Assembly: GCA_046732715.1 (NCBI GenBank)
Contig: JBKPNQ010000046.1
Span: 25,465-89,464 of the forward strand
Direction: 5' to 3'
Source: Acidobacteriota bacterium
GTDB lineage: Bacteria; Acidobacteriota; Vicinamibacteria; Vicinamibacterales; 2-12-FULL-66-21
Length of the DNA stretch: 64,000 nucleotides
The notes beneath the pieces are model-generated. The model was given only the letters and a program-made list of their open reading frames with translations. It searched no databases and was not told the DNA's origin. Positions 53,386 to 62,459 of this stretch are shown here, in pieces (position 1 is the first letter of the stretch; every line of letters starts with the position of its first letter). The position numbers were made by a program, and so were the translations under genes.

Positions 53386-54234
53386 TCACGAGCCGCCGGG
53401 AGGCTTGCCGCCAGGGCCCCGCGGGACGGCCATTGGCGCCCCCGGCAGGGCTTCGGGAGGGGCGGCCGCGGGGGGGAGGTCGGGCACCGGCTGAACATCG
53501 CCCATATCTGGAGCTGGCGGGACGGGGGCCCCGGCAACCACTGGTGGCGGGGTGACGGCCCCCATCCGCCGCATCACCATCTGCTGACGGCGATGTAATC
53601 GCGCGCTTGGGTGTGCAGGATTGAACACTCGCGGACTGCTGATCGCCGCGGCAAGCAGGGCGGCCTCAGAGGACGAAACATCACCGGCGGACTTGCGGAA
53701 ATATGTGCGCGCTGCCGCCTCGGCGCCGTAGATGCCGTCGCCCCACTCAATCACGTTCAAGTACAACTCGAGAATGCGCTGCTTGGTCAGCTCCGCTTCG
53801 AGACGCCGTGCGATCAGGAGCTCGCGGAGTTTTCGAATCGGATTCTTCGAGGGCGACAGGTACAGATTCTTCGCAAGCTGTTGCGTGATGGTGCTGCCGC
53901 CTCTCGCGAACTCCAATCGCTCGAGGTTCACTTCCATTGACTCCTTGAGCTCGTCAAAGTCGATCCCCTCGTGCGTCCAGAAGCGGGCATCTTCTGTGAC
54001 CAGCACGGCACGCTTCAGGTTTGGCGAGATGCGCGCGTAGTCGATCCAGTGTTGCACCCGCTTGGGCTGCTCGGCCCGCGCGCGGGCTTCGCGAGTACGC
54101 AGATCGATGAACGCAGTGGTCGATGGATTGGAGGTGCGGAGCGGACGAACGTCCGGCAGCGTCAGATAGATGAACGCTGCGTAGCCAACGCCAGCAGCCA
54201 GGACCGCGAGGAGAACGCGGCCAACCTTTTTCAT
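53386..54234 (-). CDS. mtgA: monofunctional peptidoglycan glycosyltransferase (GT51)
   Basis: 282 aa. N-terminal TM. AVLVTEDARFWTHEGIDF, RGGSTITQQLAKNLYL, RKLRELLIARRLE. Pro-rich tail. Confidence 0.9.
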   Translation of the reverse strand: MKKVGRVLLAVLAAGVGYAAFIYLTLPDVRPLRTSNPSTTAFIDLRTREARARAEQPKRVQHWIDYARISPNLKRAVLVTEDARFWTHEGIDFDELKESMEVNLERLEFARGGSTITQQLAKNLYLSPSKNPIRKLRELLIARRLEAELTKQRILELYLNVIEWGDGIYGAEAAARTYFRKSAGDVSSSEAALLAAAISSPRVFNPAHPSARLHRRQQMVMRRMGAVTPPPVVAGAPVPPAPDMGDVQPVPDLPPAAAPPEALPGAPMAVPRGPGGKPPGGS

Positions 54235-54240
54235 CGGCGA

Positions 54241-55131
54241 TCAGACAGTGGCGAGCTCCGCCACGCGCGTGAGCTCCGCCCGAATCTGCTCCTTCGCCTC
54301 CGCCGTCGCCGGCACAAGCGGGGCCCGCGGGTCTCCGCCCTTATAGCCCGCCACGTCGAGGGCGGCCTTCAGTCCGGGGACGCCGAAGCCGGTCGTCACC
54401 ATGCGCGCAAGCGGTGTCATCAATGTCTGCAGCCGGCGAGCTTCCGCGTGGTGCCCATCCTTCGCCAGCGAGAGCACCCGCAGGCACAGCTCCGGTTCGA
54501 CCGCTGCGACGGCGAGGATGCCGCCGACTGCCCCGAGGCAGAGGTCGGCATAGAACACCGTCCCGGTACCGGCGAGCATCGAGAAATGCTCGGGTGCCGC
54601 GTCTGCGAACGCCGCGAACGCCGCGGCGTCGGTACCCGACTCTTTCATTCCGACGATGTTCCTGTGCTCGGCGAGGGTCGCGACGGTGTCGGGTGTGAAC
54701 GCAACACCCGTCGAAGCAGGAAAGTTGTACAGAAGGACGGGAATTGGTGATTCGTCCGCGACGGCGCTGTAATGGCGAATGAGCAACGCCTGCGTGCAGA
54801 GGTTCTTGAAGAACGACGGCGTCCGAACCAACACGGCATCAGCGCCGAGCGCTGCGGCGCGCCTGGTCGCCGCGATCGTTGCCCGGGTCGATTCACGTCC
54901 GGTGCCGGCAATCACCACACGATCGCGGGGAACGACATCGCGCGTCGTGCTCAGGACCAGATCGGATTCGTCCTCGTCCAGCAGGGCCGACTCGCCGTTC
55001 GTCCCGAGCGCGACGATGCCGCCAAGCCCCGCGCGCATCCATCGCTCGACATTGAATCGGATTGCTGAGGCATCAACCTCGCCGTCGCGAAACGGCGTCG
55101 GCATTGGCGGGAATACAGACGTGAGTCGCAT
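54241..55131 (-). CDS. dihydrodipicolinate synthase / N-acetylneuraminate lyase family aldolase
   Basis: ORF trimmed to ATG 55131 (MRLTSVFPPMPTPF). GTNGESALL, LLYNFP, NIVGMKESG (Schiff-base Lys). Confidence 0.85.
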   Translation of the reverse strand: MRLTSVFPPMPTPFRDGEVDASAIRFNVERWMRAGLGGIVALGTNGESALLDEDESDLVLSTTRDVVPRDRVVIAGTGRESTRATIAATRRAAALGADAVLVRTPSFFKNLCTQALLIRHYSAVADESPIPVLLYNFPASTGVAFTPDTVATLAEHRNIVGMKESGTDAAAFAAFADAAPEHFSMLAGTGTVFYADLCLGAVGGILAVAAVEPELCLRVLSLAKDGHHAEARRLQTLMTPLARMVTTGFGVPGLKAALDVAGYKGGDPRAPLVPATAEAKEQIRAELTRVAELATV

Positions 55132-55148
55132 TTGATCCGGAGCGTACC

Positions 55149-55188
55149 ACAAAAGAAAACCGGAAGCGGGACGAGCCCGCCTCCGGTT
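55149..55188 (-). terminator. rho-independent terminator after the S8-GNAT unit
   Basis: The minus strand reads AACCGGAGGCGGGCTCGTCCCGCTTCCGGTT followed by TTTCTTTTGT. The stem is about 12 bp (55158-55188) with a U-tract (55149-55157). Confidence 0.65.
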
Positions 55189-55246
55189 GATCACTTCCGT
55201 CTTACCGCAGGGTGGCGACGCGGCCGGCCGGAGCCGGGCTCGCGTC

Positions 55247-55912
55247 CTAGTGGATTCGCGGACCCCAGACTGACTTCGCGCGCCGCCAGTCCTCATCGAG
55301 AATCGTCCACAACGTCTGGTCGAGATACTCGCCATTACGCAGGAACGACTTCCGCAGGATCCCTTCCTGAATCGCTCCCACCTTCCGGAGCGCGCCGTTG
55401 CCGCGACCGTTCGCGACCGCAGCCCGCGCCTCGAGGCGGTGCGTGCCGACGACATCGAACGCGAAGTCGACAACCATCTTCGCGCCGTCAATGAAGGCAC
55501 CGGTGCCCCAGAACGAGGAGCCCATCGCAAAGCCCCATTCGGCGGTTCCGAAACCCGGCTCGAGCTGCCGAATCTGGAAGATGCCGATGGCGGTATCCAT
55601 GCCGTGCGGCACGATACCGAAGCAGACGTAGTTGCCTGCCGCCCGCTCGCGATGCGTCCACGCGATGAAGCGTTCGAACCCGTCGACCGTGGTCGGCGGC
55701 GGCGAGATGAACCGCGCGACTTCTTCGGTCGCGAGCATCGCCAGGAGCGACGGCGCGTCCGAGAGCCGCAGCTCCCGCAGCGTCACCATCGAACCAGTCA
55801 GCACCGGCAGCGCCCGCCGCCAGTTGGTTTCAGTCGTCGTCGCCCGTGCCGCGCTGATCACAGCAGTCACGTCCATGACTCCCTCAGCATCTCGGAATGG
55901 CATCTTTTCCAT
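55247..55912 (-). CDS. GNAT family N-acetyltransferase (RimJ/RimL-like)
   Basis: 221 aa. LRELRLSDAPSLLAML, HRLEARAAVANGRGNGALRKVGAIQEGILR. The start overlaps the S8 stop (TAATG). Confidence 0.85.
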   Translation of the reverse strand: MEKMPFRDAEGVMDVTAVISAARATTTETNWRRALPVLTGSMVTLRELRLSDAPSLLAMLATEEVARFISPPPTTVDGFERFIAWTHRERAAGNYVCFGIVPHGMDTAIGIFQIRQLEPGFGTAEWGFAMGSSFWGTGAFIDGAKMVVDFAFDVVGTHRLEARAAVANGRGNGALRKVGAIQEGILRKSFLRNGEYLDQTLWTILDEDWRRAKSVWGPRIH

Positions 55913-57966
55913 TAGAGTACCCCTCCGATCCCCGGGGTCGTGGTGACCGTTACTGGTCCAAACAGGTTGTCGTACACCGACGAGTCGTAATTGAGCGGCG
56001 GTGCGTCCGGGTCGTCGAAGAGCGGCGCGTCCTCACCCGACGTTCCCCAGGTGATGTTGTCTTCGTCGCTCGCCGTGCCCCAGACCGTGCTATCCATGGC
56101 ACCGCTCGTGCCCCAGACAATGTTGTCCTCAGCGCTCGCGGTTCCCCAGACGATGTTGTCCTCGCTCATCGCCGCGGTGCCCCAGATCACTCCGGCGCAG
56201 TTCGCGCCGCCGCAATCGGTGCCCCACACGATGTTGTCCTCATCGTCTGCCATCGTCCCCCAGACGATGTTGTCTTCGTCCAGCGCGGCAAACGTGCCCC
56301 AGACAATGTTGTCTTCGTCAGCCGAGGCGGTGCCCCAGACGATGTTGTCCTCCGAGTCCATCGTCGACCACGTCTGGCTGCTGCAGCTGTTCTTGCACGC
56401 CGTGCCCCAGACGATGTTCTGACCGGTCACGGTCTTGGCGGCGCCCCAGACCACGCCTGGCTTCCATGCGGTCGCGTTCGGCTTGATCACGCCGTTCGAG
56501 ATCCGATGGTTGCCCCAGTTCAGCTTCTTGCTCCACTCAGATGGATGCGGATAAGGCTGACCGGGGCTGGCAGTCTTGAAGTACACAGCAAGATCGACGG
56601 CTCCCTTGGTATTCAGGAAGCCCGCACCTTGCGTCAGCGCATCGTATCCGGGATACACCTGCGCGGTGTACTCGAGGATGGCCTTGACGAGGTTTGGCGT
56701 CAGGGTCGGATTGGCCTGCAGCATCAACGCGACCGTGCCGGTGACGACCGGCGCCGCCATGCTGGTACCGCTCAGGCTCAGATACGGCTTGTAGTTCACG
56801 AACAGCGAACCGGCGAGCAGCGCCGTTGGCTTCGTCGCGTACATCAGACTGAGCGGATCGCTAAGCGAAGTCGTGCCCACGCCAGGCGCCACGATGTCGG
56901 GCTTCGCTTCGAAGTCGATCGCGGAAGGTCCCCGCGAGCTGAAGGACGCCATCACATCGTCGCTCCGGATCACCGTGCCTTCGTGGCTCGATGCGCCGAC
57001 CGTCAGCACCCAGGGCGCGTTGCCCGGCGCGCTAATCGCCCCATATTGAGTCTGACCCAGCTGGTTCTTGCCGAGGTTCCCCGCTGCCGTCACAAGGACG
57101 ATCCCGGCGTCCACGGCGCGCTTGGCCGCGACCGTCAACGGATCCGTCTTGTACGACTCGGTCACCGCAGCACCAACCGACAGGTTGATGACTCGCAGGT
57201 TGTAGGCCGCCTTGTTCGCGACCGCCCAGTCGAGCGCCGCGATCACATCGCTGATCACGCCGCACCCGTTCTGATCGAGAACCTTCAGGCTCACGAGGTG
57301 CGCGTCGGGTGCGATGCCCGCGCGAGCGCCCAGGGAGTCGAAGCCGTTGCCGGCGATGATCCCCGAGACGTGCGTGCCGTGGCCGCTATCGTCGTACGGC
57401 GAGGTCCGCCCGTTGACGAAGTCGACAAACGCGGGAACGCGCTGGCTGTTCTTCGTCCGCACGAGCGATGACGTGCCGAGATACGTCAGGTCTGCGTGCC
57501 AGGACGTGATCCCGGAGTCAATCACCGCGACGCCGATTCCGGCTCCGCGGTAGCCGTATGTTTGCTGCACCGCGCGCGCACCCACCGTGACCGCCACCCG
57601 GTTCATCTCGCCACCGGTAGGACGGTCGTAGACGATGCGGTCCACGCCCGGGTAGTCGGCAAGTTTCTTGAGCTGACCGTTCGGCAGCTCAACGACCTTG
57701 CCATTGATGGAATTCAAGCTGCGACCGAGTCTGCCGCCGAGTTTTTTGGACTCGGCATCCGCGCTCCAACCTGGCTTGAGAAGCACGATGACCTGTGTCT
57801 TCCCATTCGAATTGCCCTTGCCCTGATTGGAGGCGCGATCGTTCAGCACCCGATCCAGCTTGGGATGATCTCCAGAACGGGCAGCGAATGCTGGGCTCGC
57901 CCCCGCCAGAGCACAGACCAGCGCCGCCGCCAGCCCGCTCCGCACAACCGCACACCATCGAACCAC
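55912..57966 (-). CDS. secreted S8 (subtilisin-like) serine peptidase with C-terminal DNIVWGT repeat region
   Basis: The ORF extends to 58053. GTG 57966 (AAAGG upstream) gives the signal peptide VRWCAVVRSGLAAALVCALAGASPAFA. Triad: VAVIDSG, HGTHVSG, GTSMAAP. About 10 (D/E)DNIVWGT repeats follow. Confidence 0.9.
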   Translation of the reverse strand: MVRWCAVVRSGLAAALVCALAGASPAFAARSGDHPKLDRVLNDRASNQGKGNSNGKTQVIVLLKPGWSADAESKKLGGRLGRSLNSINGKVVELPNGQLKKLADYPGVDRIVYDRPTGGEMNRVAVTVGARAVQQTYGYRGAGIGVAVIDSGITSWHADLTYLGTSSLVRTKNSQRVPAFVDFVNGRTSPYDDSGHGTHVSGIIAGNGFDSLGARAGIAPDAHLVSLKVLDQNGCGVISDVIAALDWAVANKAAYNLRVINLSVGAAVTESYKTDPLTVAAKRAVDAGIVLVTAAGNLGKNQLGQTQYGAISAPGNAPWVLTVGASSHEGTVIRSDDVMASFSSRGPSAIDFEAKPDIVAPGVGTTSLSDPLSLMYATKPTALLAGSLFVNYKPYLSLSGTSMAAPVVTGTVALMLQANPTLTPNLVKAILEYTAQVYPGYDALTQGAGFLNTKGAVDLAVYFKTASPGQPYPHPSEWSKKLNWGNHRISNGVIKPNATAWKPGVVWGAAKTVTGQNIVWGTACKNSCSSQTWSTMDSEDNIVWGTASADEDNIVWGTFAALDEDNIVWGTMADDEDNIVWGTDCGGANCAGVIWGTAAMSEDNIVWGTASAEDNIVWGTSGAMDSTVWGTASDEDNITWGTSGEDAPLFDDPDAPPLNYDSSVYDNLFGPVTVTTTPGIGGVL

Positions 57967-58284
57967 TGGAGTACCTTTCGAAAAAGTCCAAGTCACAAGT
58001 CGAGTCGGCTTACGGCAGAGCAAGCGGAAGGCCAGCCCGGCATATGCGTCCAAGCAATACCATTAACTCGTTATGAGTCATAAACTTACTTGAATATGGC
58101 GAATGCCGGAAACAGCCGCACAAGTGTGCGCTTGGAGCGCACACTGCTCCGTTACGGGACAGGGGAACCCCGTAAATGTGTGAGACCTCGAAAACCTAAT
58201 GGAAATACCTGCGGTTCTACGTGTGCTAGATCGAGACAACCACATTCAAAATTGATATTCTCTAAATCATTCAAGCACAACAAC

Positions 58285-59271
58285 TTAGGACTTTATTTCC
58301 GGGTAGGACTCGCCCGAGCCTGACGAGATGAGATGCAGCGACAAAACCGTCAGCACGATGGCCGCCGCAGGGGCCAGCAGCCAGGGGGCTTCGTAAAGGA
58401 TGCCCGTCTGACCTGCCTCGTGAAGCATAAGCCCCCAACTTGGAGTCGGTTCGGCGAAGCCAAATCCGACGAATGAAAGCGTGGCTTCGGCGAGGATGAA
58501 CGCGGGAACGAGCAACGTGACCTGGACCCACAGAAAGCCCCGGGCGGCGGGCAGCAAGTGACGGAGCAGAATCCGCACTGGTCCGGCACCGAGTGCTCGT
58601 GCAGCTTCCGCGTACTCCTTGCGTCGCTCAGCCGATACCACCGCGCGCACGCCGCGGGCTGGATACGGCCAGCCCACCAGCCCCAAGACGACAGTCATTG
58701 TCCAGAACACCGTCCCTGTATCGAGGACGAGGGGCATTGTCGCGCGGAGAACGATCACGACGTAGATGATTGGCAGCACAAGGACGAAGTCAGCCCCTCG
58801 CATCAGCAGGCTGTCGACCGTACCCCCCATGTACCCGGCAACGGCTCCCAGGATCGCGCCAAAAAGGATCGCGACGACTGCTGCCGCCGCGGACACGCCC
58901 AGCGACAATCGTGCGCCGAGCAGGACGCGCGCGAAAATGTCTCGACCGAGCGGGTCAGCGCCAAGGACTAGCCACGGCCCGTGCGATTCGTCAATCGTCA
59001 CGAGCGCGCCAGCCGAAAACCATTGGAGCGCCACGCGCGTGGATCGGTCTTCTGCGAACCGGTGGTCGAGTCGATCGACGAGCTTCAGCGGGTAGATGAA
59101 CGGCATGTGCGCACGTCCATCGTCGTCGAAGACGTGCGCAGGCATGGGCGGTGCGTAACTGAGATCGGGAAACTGATGTCCCGGATTGTGGGGGGCAACG
59201 ATCGGGGCCGCAAGAGCGATCGCGGCAATCAAGACGATGCAAGCAATGCCGCTACGCGTGGTCCCCGACAT
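58285..59271 (-). CDS. ABC peptide transporter permease (OppC/DppC-like)
   Basis: ORF trimmed to ATG 59271 (ATGA overlap with the upstream permease stop). LGADPLGRDIFARVLLGARLSL; EAA-loop region EYAEAARALGAGPVRILLRHLLP. Confidence 0.9.
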   Translation of the reverse strand: MSGTTRSGIACIVLIAAIALAAPIVAPHNPGHQFPDLSYAPPMPAHVFDDDGRAHMPFIYPLKLVDRLDHRFAEDRSTRVALQWFSAGALVTIDESHGPWLVLGADPLGRDIFARVLLGARLSLGVSAAAAVVAILFGAILGAVAGYMGGTVDSLLMRGADFVLVLPIIYVVIVLRATMPLVLDTGTVFWTMTVVLGLVGWPYPARGVRAVVSAERRKEYAEAARALGAGPVRILLRHLLPAARGFLWVQVTLLVPAFILAEATLSFVGFGFAEPTPSWGLMLHEAGQTGILYEAPWLLAPAAAIVLTVLSLHLISSGSGESYPEIKS

Positions 59272-60230
59272 CACGCGGATTCCTCCGCCCGGGGATCGAT
59301 GGCTATCAGCGCAAGGTCCGAGGCAAGGATGCCGAGGGCGAGTCCCAACGACCCGGCCGCCGCACAGCCGGCGACGAGATACAGGTCCCTCGATTGGAGC
59401 GCCTGATACATCAGGTCGCCGAGCCCGTTCCACGACATCACGATCTCGACGACGAAGGATCCGCTGAGCGCTGAGCCGATGATGATGCCGTAAATCGCGA
59501 GCACCGGTTTCAGAGAGAGACGGAGCGCGTGGCGCCATACCACTCGATGATGCGGAACGCCGCGCGCGATGGCTGCGACGATGCAGGGCTCGGCGAGTGC
59601 GTCCCGCATGGCTCGTGATTGCAGGCGCTCGATCGCGGCGGCGATAGGCAGCGCCAGAGCCAGAGCTGGGAGCAAGAGATACTGCGCGGTAATGACGGCG
59701 GACTCCAGAACGTTTGCGTCGGCGGGAATCTTCGGAAGTCCGCCCGCAGGAAACCATCCGGTGCGAGCGGCCACGAGCAGAAGGACGAGGGACGTCACGA
59801 GCGAGGGCATCGAGAGGATCACGATCGATACGACGCGGGCAATCAGCGCCAGCGGATGCCGTGCGCGACTGCCGGTAAAGACCCCCAATGGCAATCCAAT
59901 GACGGTCGCGATGGCGAGGGCGGTCAGTCCAAGCATCGCGGTCTTGCCGGCGCGCTCGCCGATGAGCGAGGCAACGGGCCGCCGGAATCTCATGGACTCG
60001 CCGAAATCAAAGCGCAGGGTGCGGGTGAGCCAGTCCAGGTACTGCTCGCCGAGCGGTCGGTCGATTCCGAAACGGTGACGTTCCGCCGCAAGGACTGCCG
60101 GGTCGGTGCCGAAGGCATCGCCAGGGGGCGCCAGGCGCGCGAGCAGCAATGACGCGGACGAGACCGCGAACACGAGCAGCACAGCAAAGCCGGCGCGCCG
60201 GAGCAGGTAGCGTCGGACGCCGGTGTGCAC
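59271..60230 (-). CDS. ABC peptide transporter permease (OppB/DppB-like)
   Basis: GTG 60230 gives VHTGVRRYLLRRAGFAVLLVF, the typical DppB N-terminus. ...AAIARGVPHHRVVWRHALR. The start is uncertain (the ORF extends to 60302). Confidence 0.88.
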   Translation of the reverse strand: MHTGVRRYLLRRAGFAVLLVFAVSSASLLLARLAPPGDAFGTDPAVLAAERHRFGIDRPLGEQYLDWLTRTLRFDFGESMRFRRPVASLIGERAGKTAMLGLTALAIATVIGLPLGVFTGSRARHPLALIARVVSIVILSMPSLVTSLVLLLVAARTGWFPAGGLPKIPADANVLESAVITAQYLLLPALALALPIAAAIERLQSRAMRDALAEPCIVAAIARGVPHHRVVWRHALRLSLKPVLAIYGIIIGSALSGSFVVEIVMSWNGLGDLMYQALQSRDLYLVAGCAAAGSLGLALGILASDLALIAIDPRAEESA

Positions 60231-60397
60231 GTCAATCAGGCCAAGGGGCGTCGCCCCTCGGACTCCCCTGCACGCTCGCACGCGGGACGCCACGATCCCC
60301 ACTCCGCTCGCGTGGGCTCACTGGCGCGCTCGTTCGCCACTGTCGGACGCGGTTTTGAAACCACTTCTACTGTTTTCGGCTCGAATGACCGCTCGCC

Positions 60398-62140
60398 TTA
60401 CCGCGCTGGTGGCGCGGCCGCCAGCGTGTCGGCGCTCCACAGGAGCTGCGGCAGCTGCGGCGCGGGCTGCGGGTTCCTGACGCGAGAGCTGACGGCGAGC
60501 GTCACCTTGGGGGTGACGAAGTAGATCCCCGGCATCTCGTCGACGAAGATCTTCTGGACCTCGGTGAACAACCGGACGCGCTCCGCCTGATCGGGCGACG
60601 TTGCGCTGCGCGTCATCAGATCGTCCGTGCGACGCTCCCAATCGTTTGCCGGCGTCTTCTGGGCAGGATTCCAGACGTGCCACACGCCCGAGCTGAACCA
60701 GAAGCCAGCGTTCAATGCCGGGTCGGTCGCACTTGCCTGGATGCCGAAATAGATACTGTCGTAGTTGCCTTCGCTGAAACGCTGGAAGAGGGCGTTCGGA
60801 TCGAGCGGCACCACGTCGACCACGATACCTGCCTGCCGCAGCTGCTCCTGAATGACGGCAACGACACGCGCGCGAATGTGGTCGGCTTGAGTCAGGACTG
60901 CGAACCGCACCGGCTTCCCTGTCGCGTCCTCGAGGACCCCGTCAGCGTTGCGATCGGTGAGCCCCGCCGATGCGAACAGGGTGCGCGCCTTTGCCGGATC
61001 GTGTTCGCACGTAGGTCGCACGTCCGCAAACCAGGTGCGGTTCGCCGGCGTCACAGGCCCGTAAATCGGGATCGCCTCACCCAGGTAGACCGTGTTCACG
61101 ATCGCCTGCCGATCGACCGCACACGAGATCGCCTGCCTGAACGCTTTGTTACCGAACCAGCGGCTCTTCGGGTCCGAGCTCTTCTTGCTCGTCAAGTTGA
61201 ACCACAGCAGGTTCGCATCGAGTCCCGCGCCGTTGTCGATCAGGCGAAGACGCCCTTCGTCTGCCGCGCGCTTGAACGCGGCGTAGTCTTCGGGACGAAT
61301 ATCGGCGTTGGTCATGAGATCGACCTCGCCGGACTGCAGCTTGAGCGCTTCGACCGGCTGGCTGGCAACGACGAGGGTGAGCTTGTCGAGATACGGGAGT
61401 GGTGTGCCTGCGGCATCCTTCCGCCAGTAGTGCGGGTTGCGCGTCAGCACGAGCCTCTGGCCCGACACGTGTTCGGCAAGAACGAAGGGACCCAGGCTGA
61501 CAATCTCCGTCAGCGGTGTTTTGACGGACCAGGCCTCGGTGAACGTTCCTTCGGTGAGCGGCCGTTCGAGTTTGTGTCGAGGAAGGATGCGCACGCCGTC
61601 AATCAGTCGCAGGCCGGGTGCGAATGGCGACGGCAACCGGACGATCACGGTCGAGGGATCGGGAGCGGAAACTTGCAGCGGCTTTCCGTTGACCAGCGTA
61701 TCGCCGGCCAGCGGCGATTCGACTTTCGGATCGTAGAGCGCGCGGAACGTGAACAGGACGTCGGCTGAGGTGAGCGGCGTGCCGTCCGAGAAGGTCACCC
61801 CCGGGCGCATTTTGATCGTGTAGGCGAGGTGATCGGCCGACTCCGTCCAGCTCTCCGCGAGCCATGGCTGGAGCGTGTCGGTGGCTCGGTTGACGTAGAC
61901 GAGCGGCGCCTGCGTCAGGAGCGCCAGCGCCTCGCCGGCAGTGCTGTGATCGGCGAGACGATTGTAGGTGGCCGGCTCCGTTCGGATTGAGGCAACCAAT
62001 TCCCCGCCACGGAATGGCGTTGCGTTGTTGGCGACGCTGCCGGCGCCCGATGGAGTCGGCTGCTCGGATCGGCACCCGGGCAGGCAGAGAGCTGCGGCAA
62101 GGGCCGCAGTCGTTGCAGAAATTGAGAGCTTTCCGGCCAC
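60398..62140 (-). CDS. ABC transporter substrate-binding lipoprotein, family 5 (OppA/DppA-like)
   Basis: 580 aa with a GTG start. Lipobox ALCLPGC-R. Typical SBP_bac_5 sequence (TFSDGTPLTSADVLFTF, NPHYWRKD). Confidence 0.9.
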   Translation of the reverse strand: MAGKLSISATTAALAAALCLPGCRSEQPTPSGAGSVANNATPFRGGELVASIRTEPATYNRLADHSTAGEALALLTQAPLVYVNRATDTLQPWLAESWTESADHLAYTIKMRPGVTFSDGTPLTSADVLFTFRALYDPKVESPLAGDTLVNGKPLQVSAPDPSTVIVRLPSPFAPGLRLIDGVRILPRHKLERPLTEGTFTEAWSVKTPLTEIVSLGPFVLAEHVSGQRLVLTRNPHYWRKDAAGTPLPYLDKLTLVVASQPVEALKLQSGEVDLMTNADIRPEDYAAFKRAADEGRLRLIDNGAGLDANLLWFNLTSKKSSDPKSRWFGNKAFRQAISCAVDRQAIVNTVYLGEAIPIYGPVTPANRTWFADVRPTCEHDPAKARTLFASAGLTDRNADGVLEDATGKPVRFAVLTQADHIRARVVAVIQEQLRQAGIVVDVVPLDPNALFQRFSEGNYDSIYFGIQASATDPALNAGFWFSSGVWHVWNPAQKTPANDWERRTDDLMTRSATSPDQAERVRLFTEVQKIFVDEMPGIYFVTPKVTLAVSSRVRNPQPAPQLPQLLWSADTLAAAPPAR

Positions 62141-62399
62141 GGATGACCTGACCGGCCAATGGATTGGCCGCTCCAGAAAAACAACGATTTTAGAGGCGTT
62201 TACCGCGGGTAAGCGATACCCGGACGGGACGCAGGTACTAGTGAGCCAACTGATTGGCTGACCTTATCTTCGGCCGCTGAAGAGGACGCCTTCAATTGTC
62301 GGCCCAGAAGCCGCTCGGAGCCTCTAGAAAGCCACATTAAGTCAGTTAGTGACTTCTCGTGTCCAATTGGCGCGCGCTCTTACGCGCCGCGGCTCGTCG

Positions 62400-62415
62400 T
62401 GGCACGCGGCGTGCC
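62400..62415 (+). promoter_or_regulatory. sigma-54-like element (also a 7-bp-arm palindrome) upstream of the second S8 peptidase
   Basis: TGGCACGCGGCGTGCC gives TGGCAC-N5-GTGC with correct GG/GC spacing, 45 nt upstream of ATG 62460. GGCACGC-G-GCGTGCC is itself palindromic, so an operator or hairpin is equally possible. Confidence 0.3.
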
Positions 62416-62459
62416 TCTGCGCCGCTCGAACCCTTGCAAACTTTTCTGGGACCTAAGCC

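Noticed and set aside
58090-58323. Track ORF 58090..58323 (+) in the AT-richer gap after the permease genes
   Set aside because: It has a TTG start, no ribosome-binding site, atypical composition and no coding periodicity. The region is more plausibly a terminator (hairpin AGTGTGCGC-TTGGA-GCGCACACT, 58123-58145) plus the promoter for the S8 peptidase.
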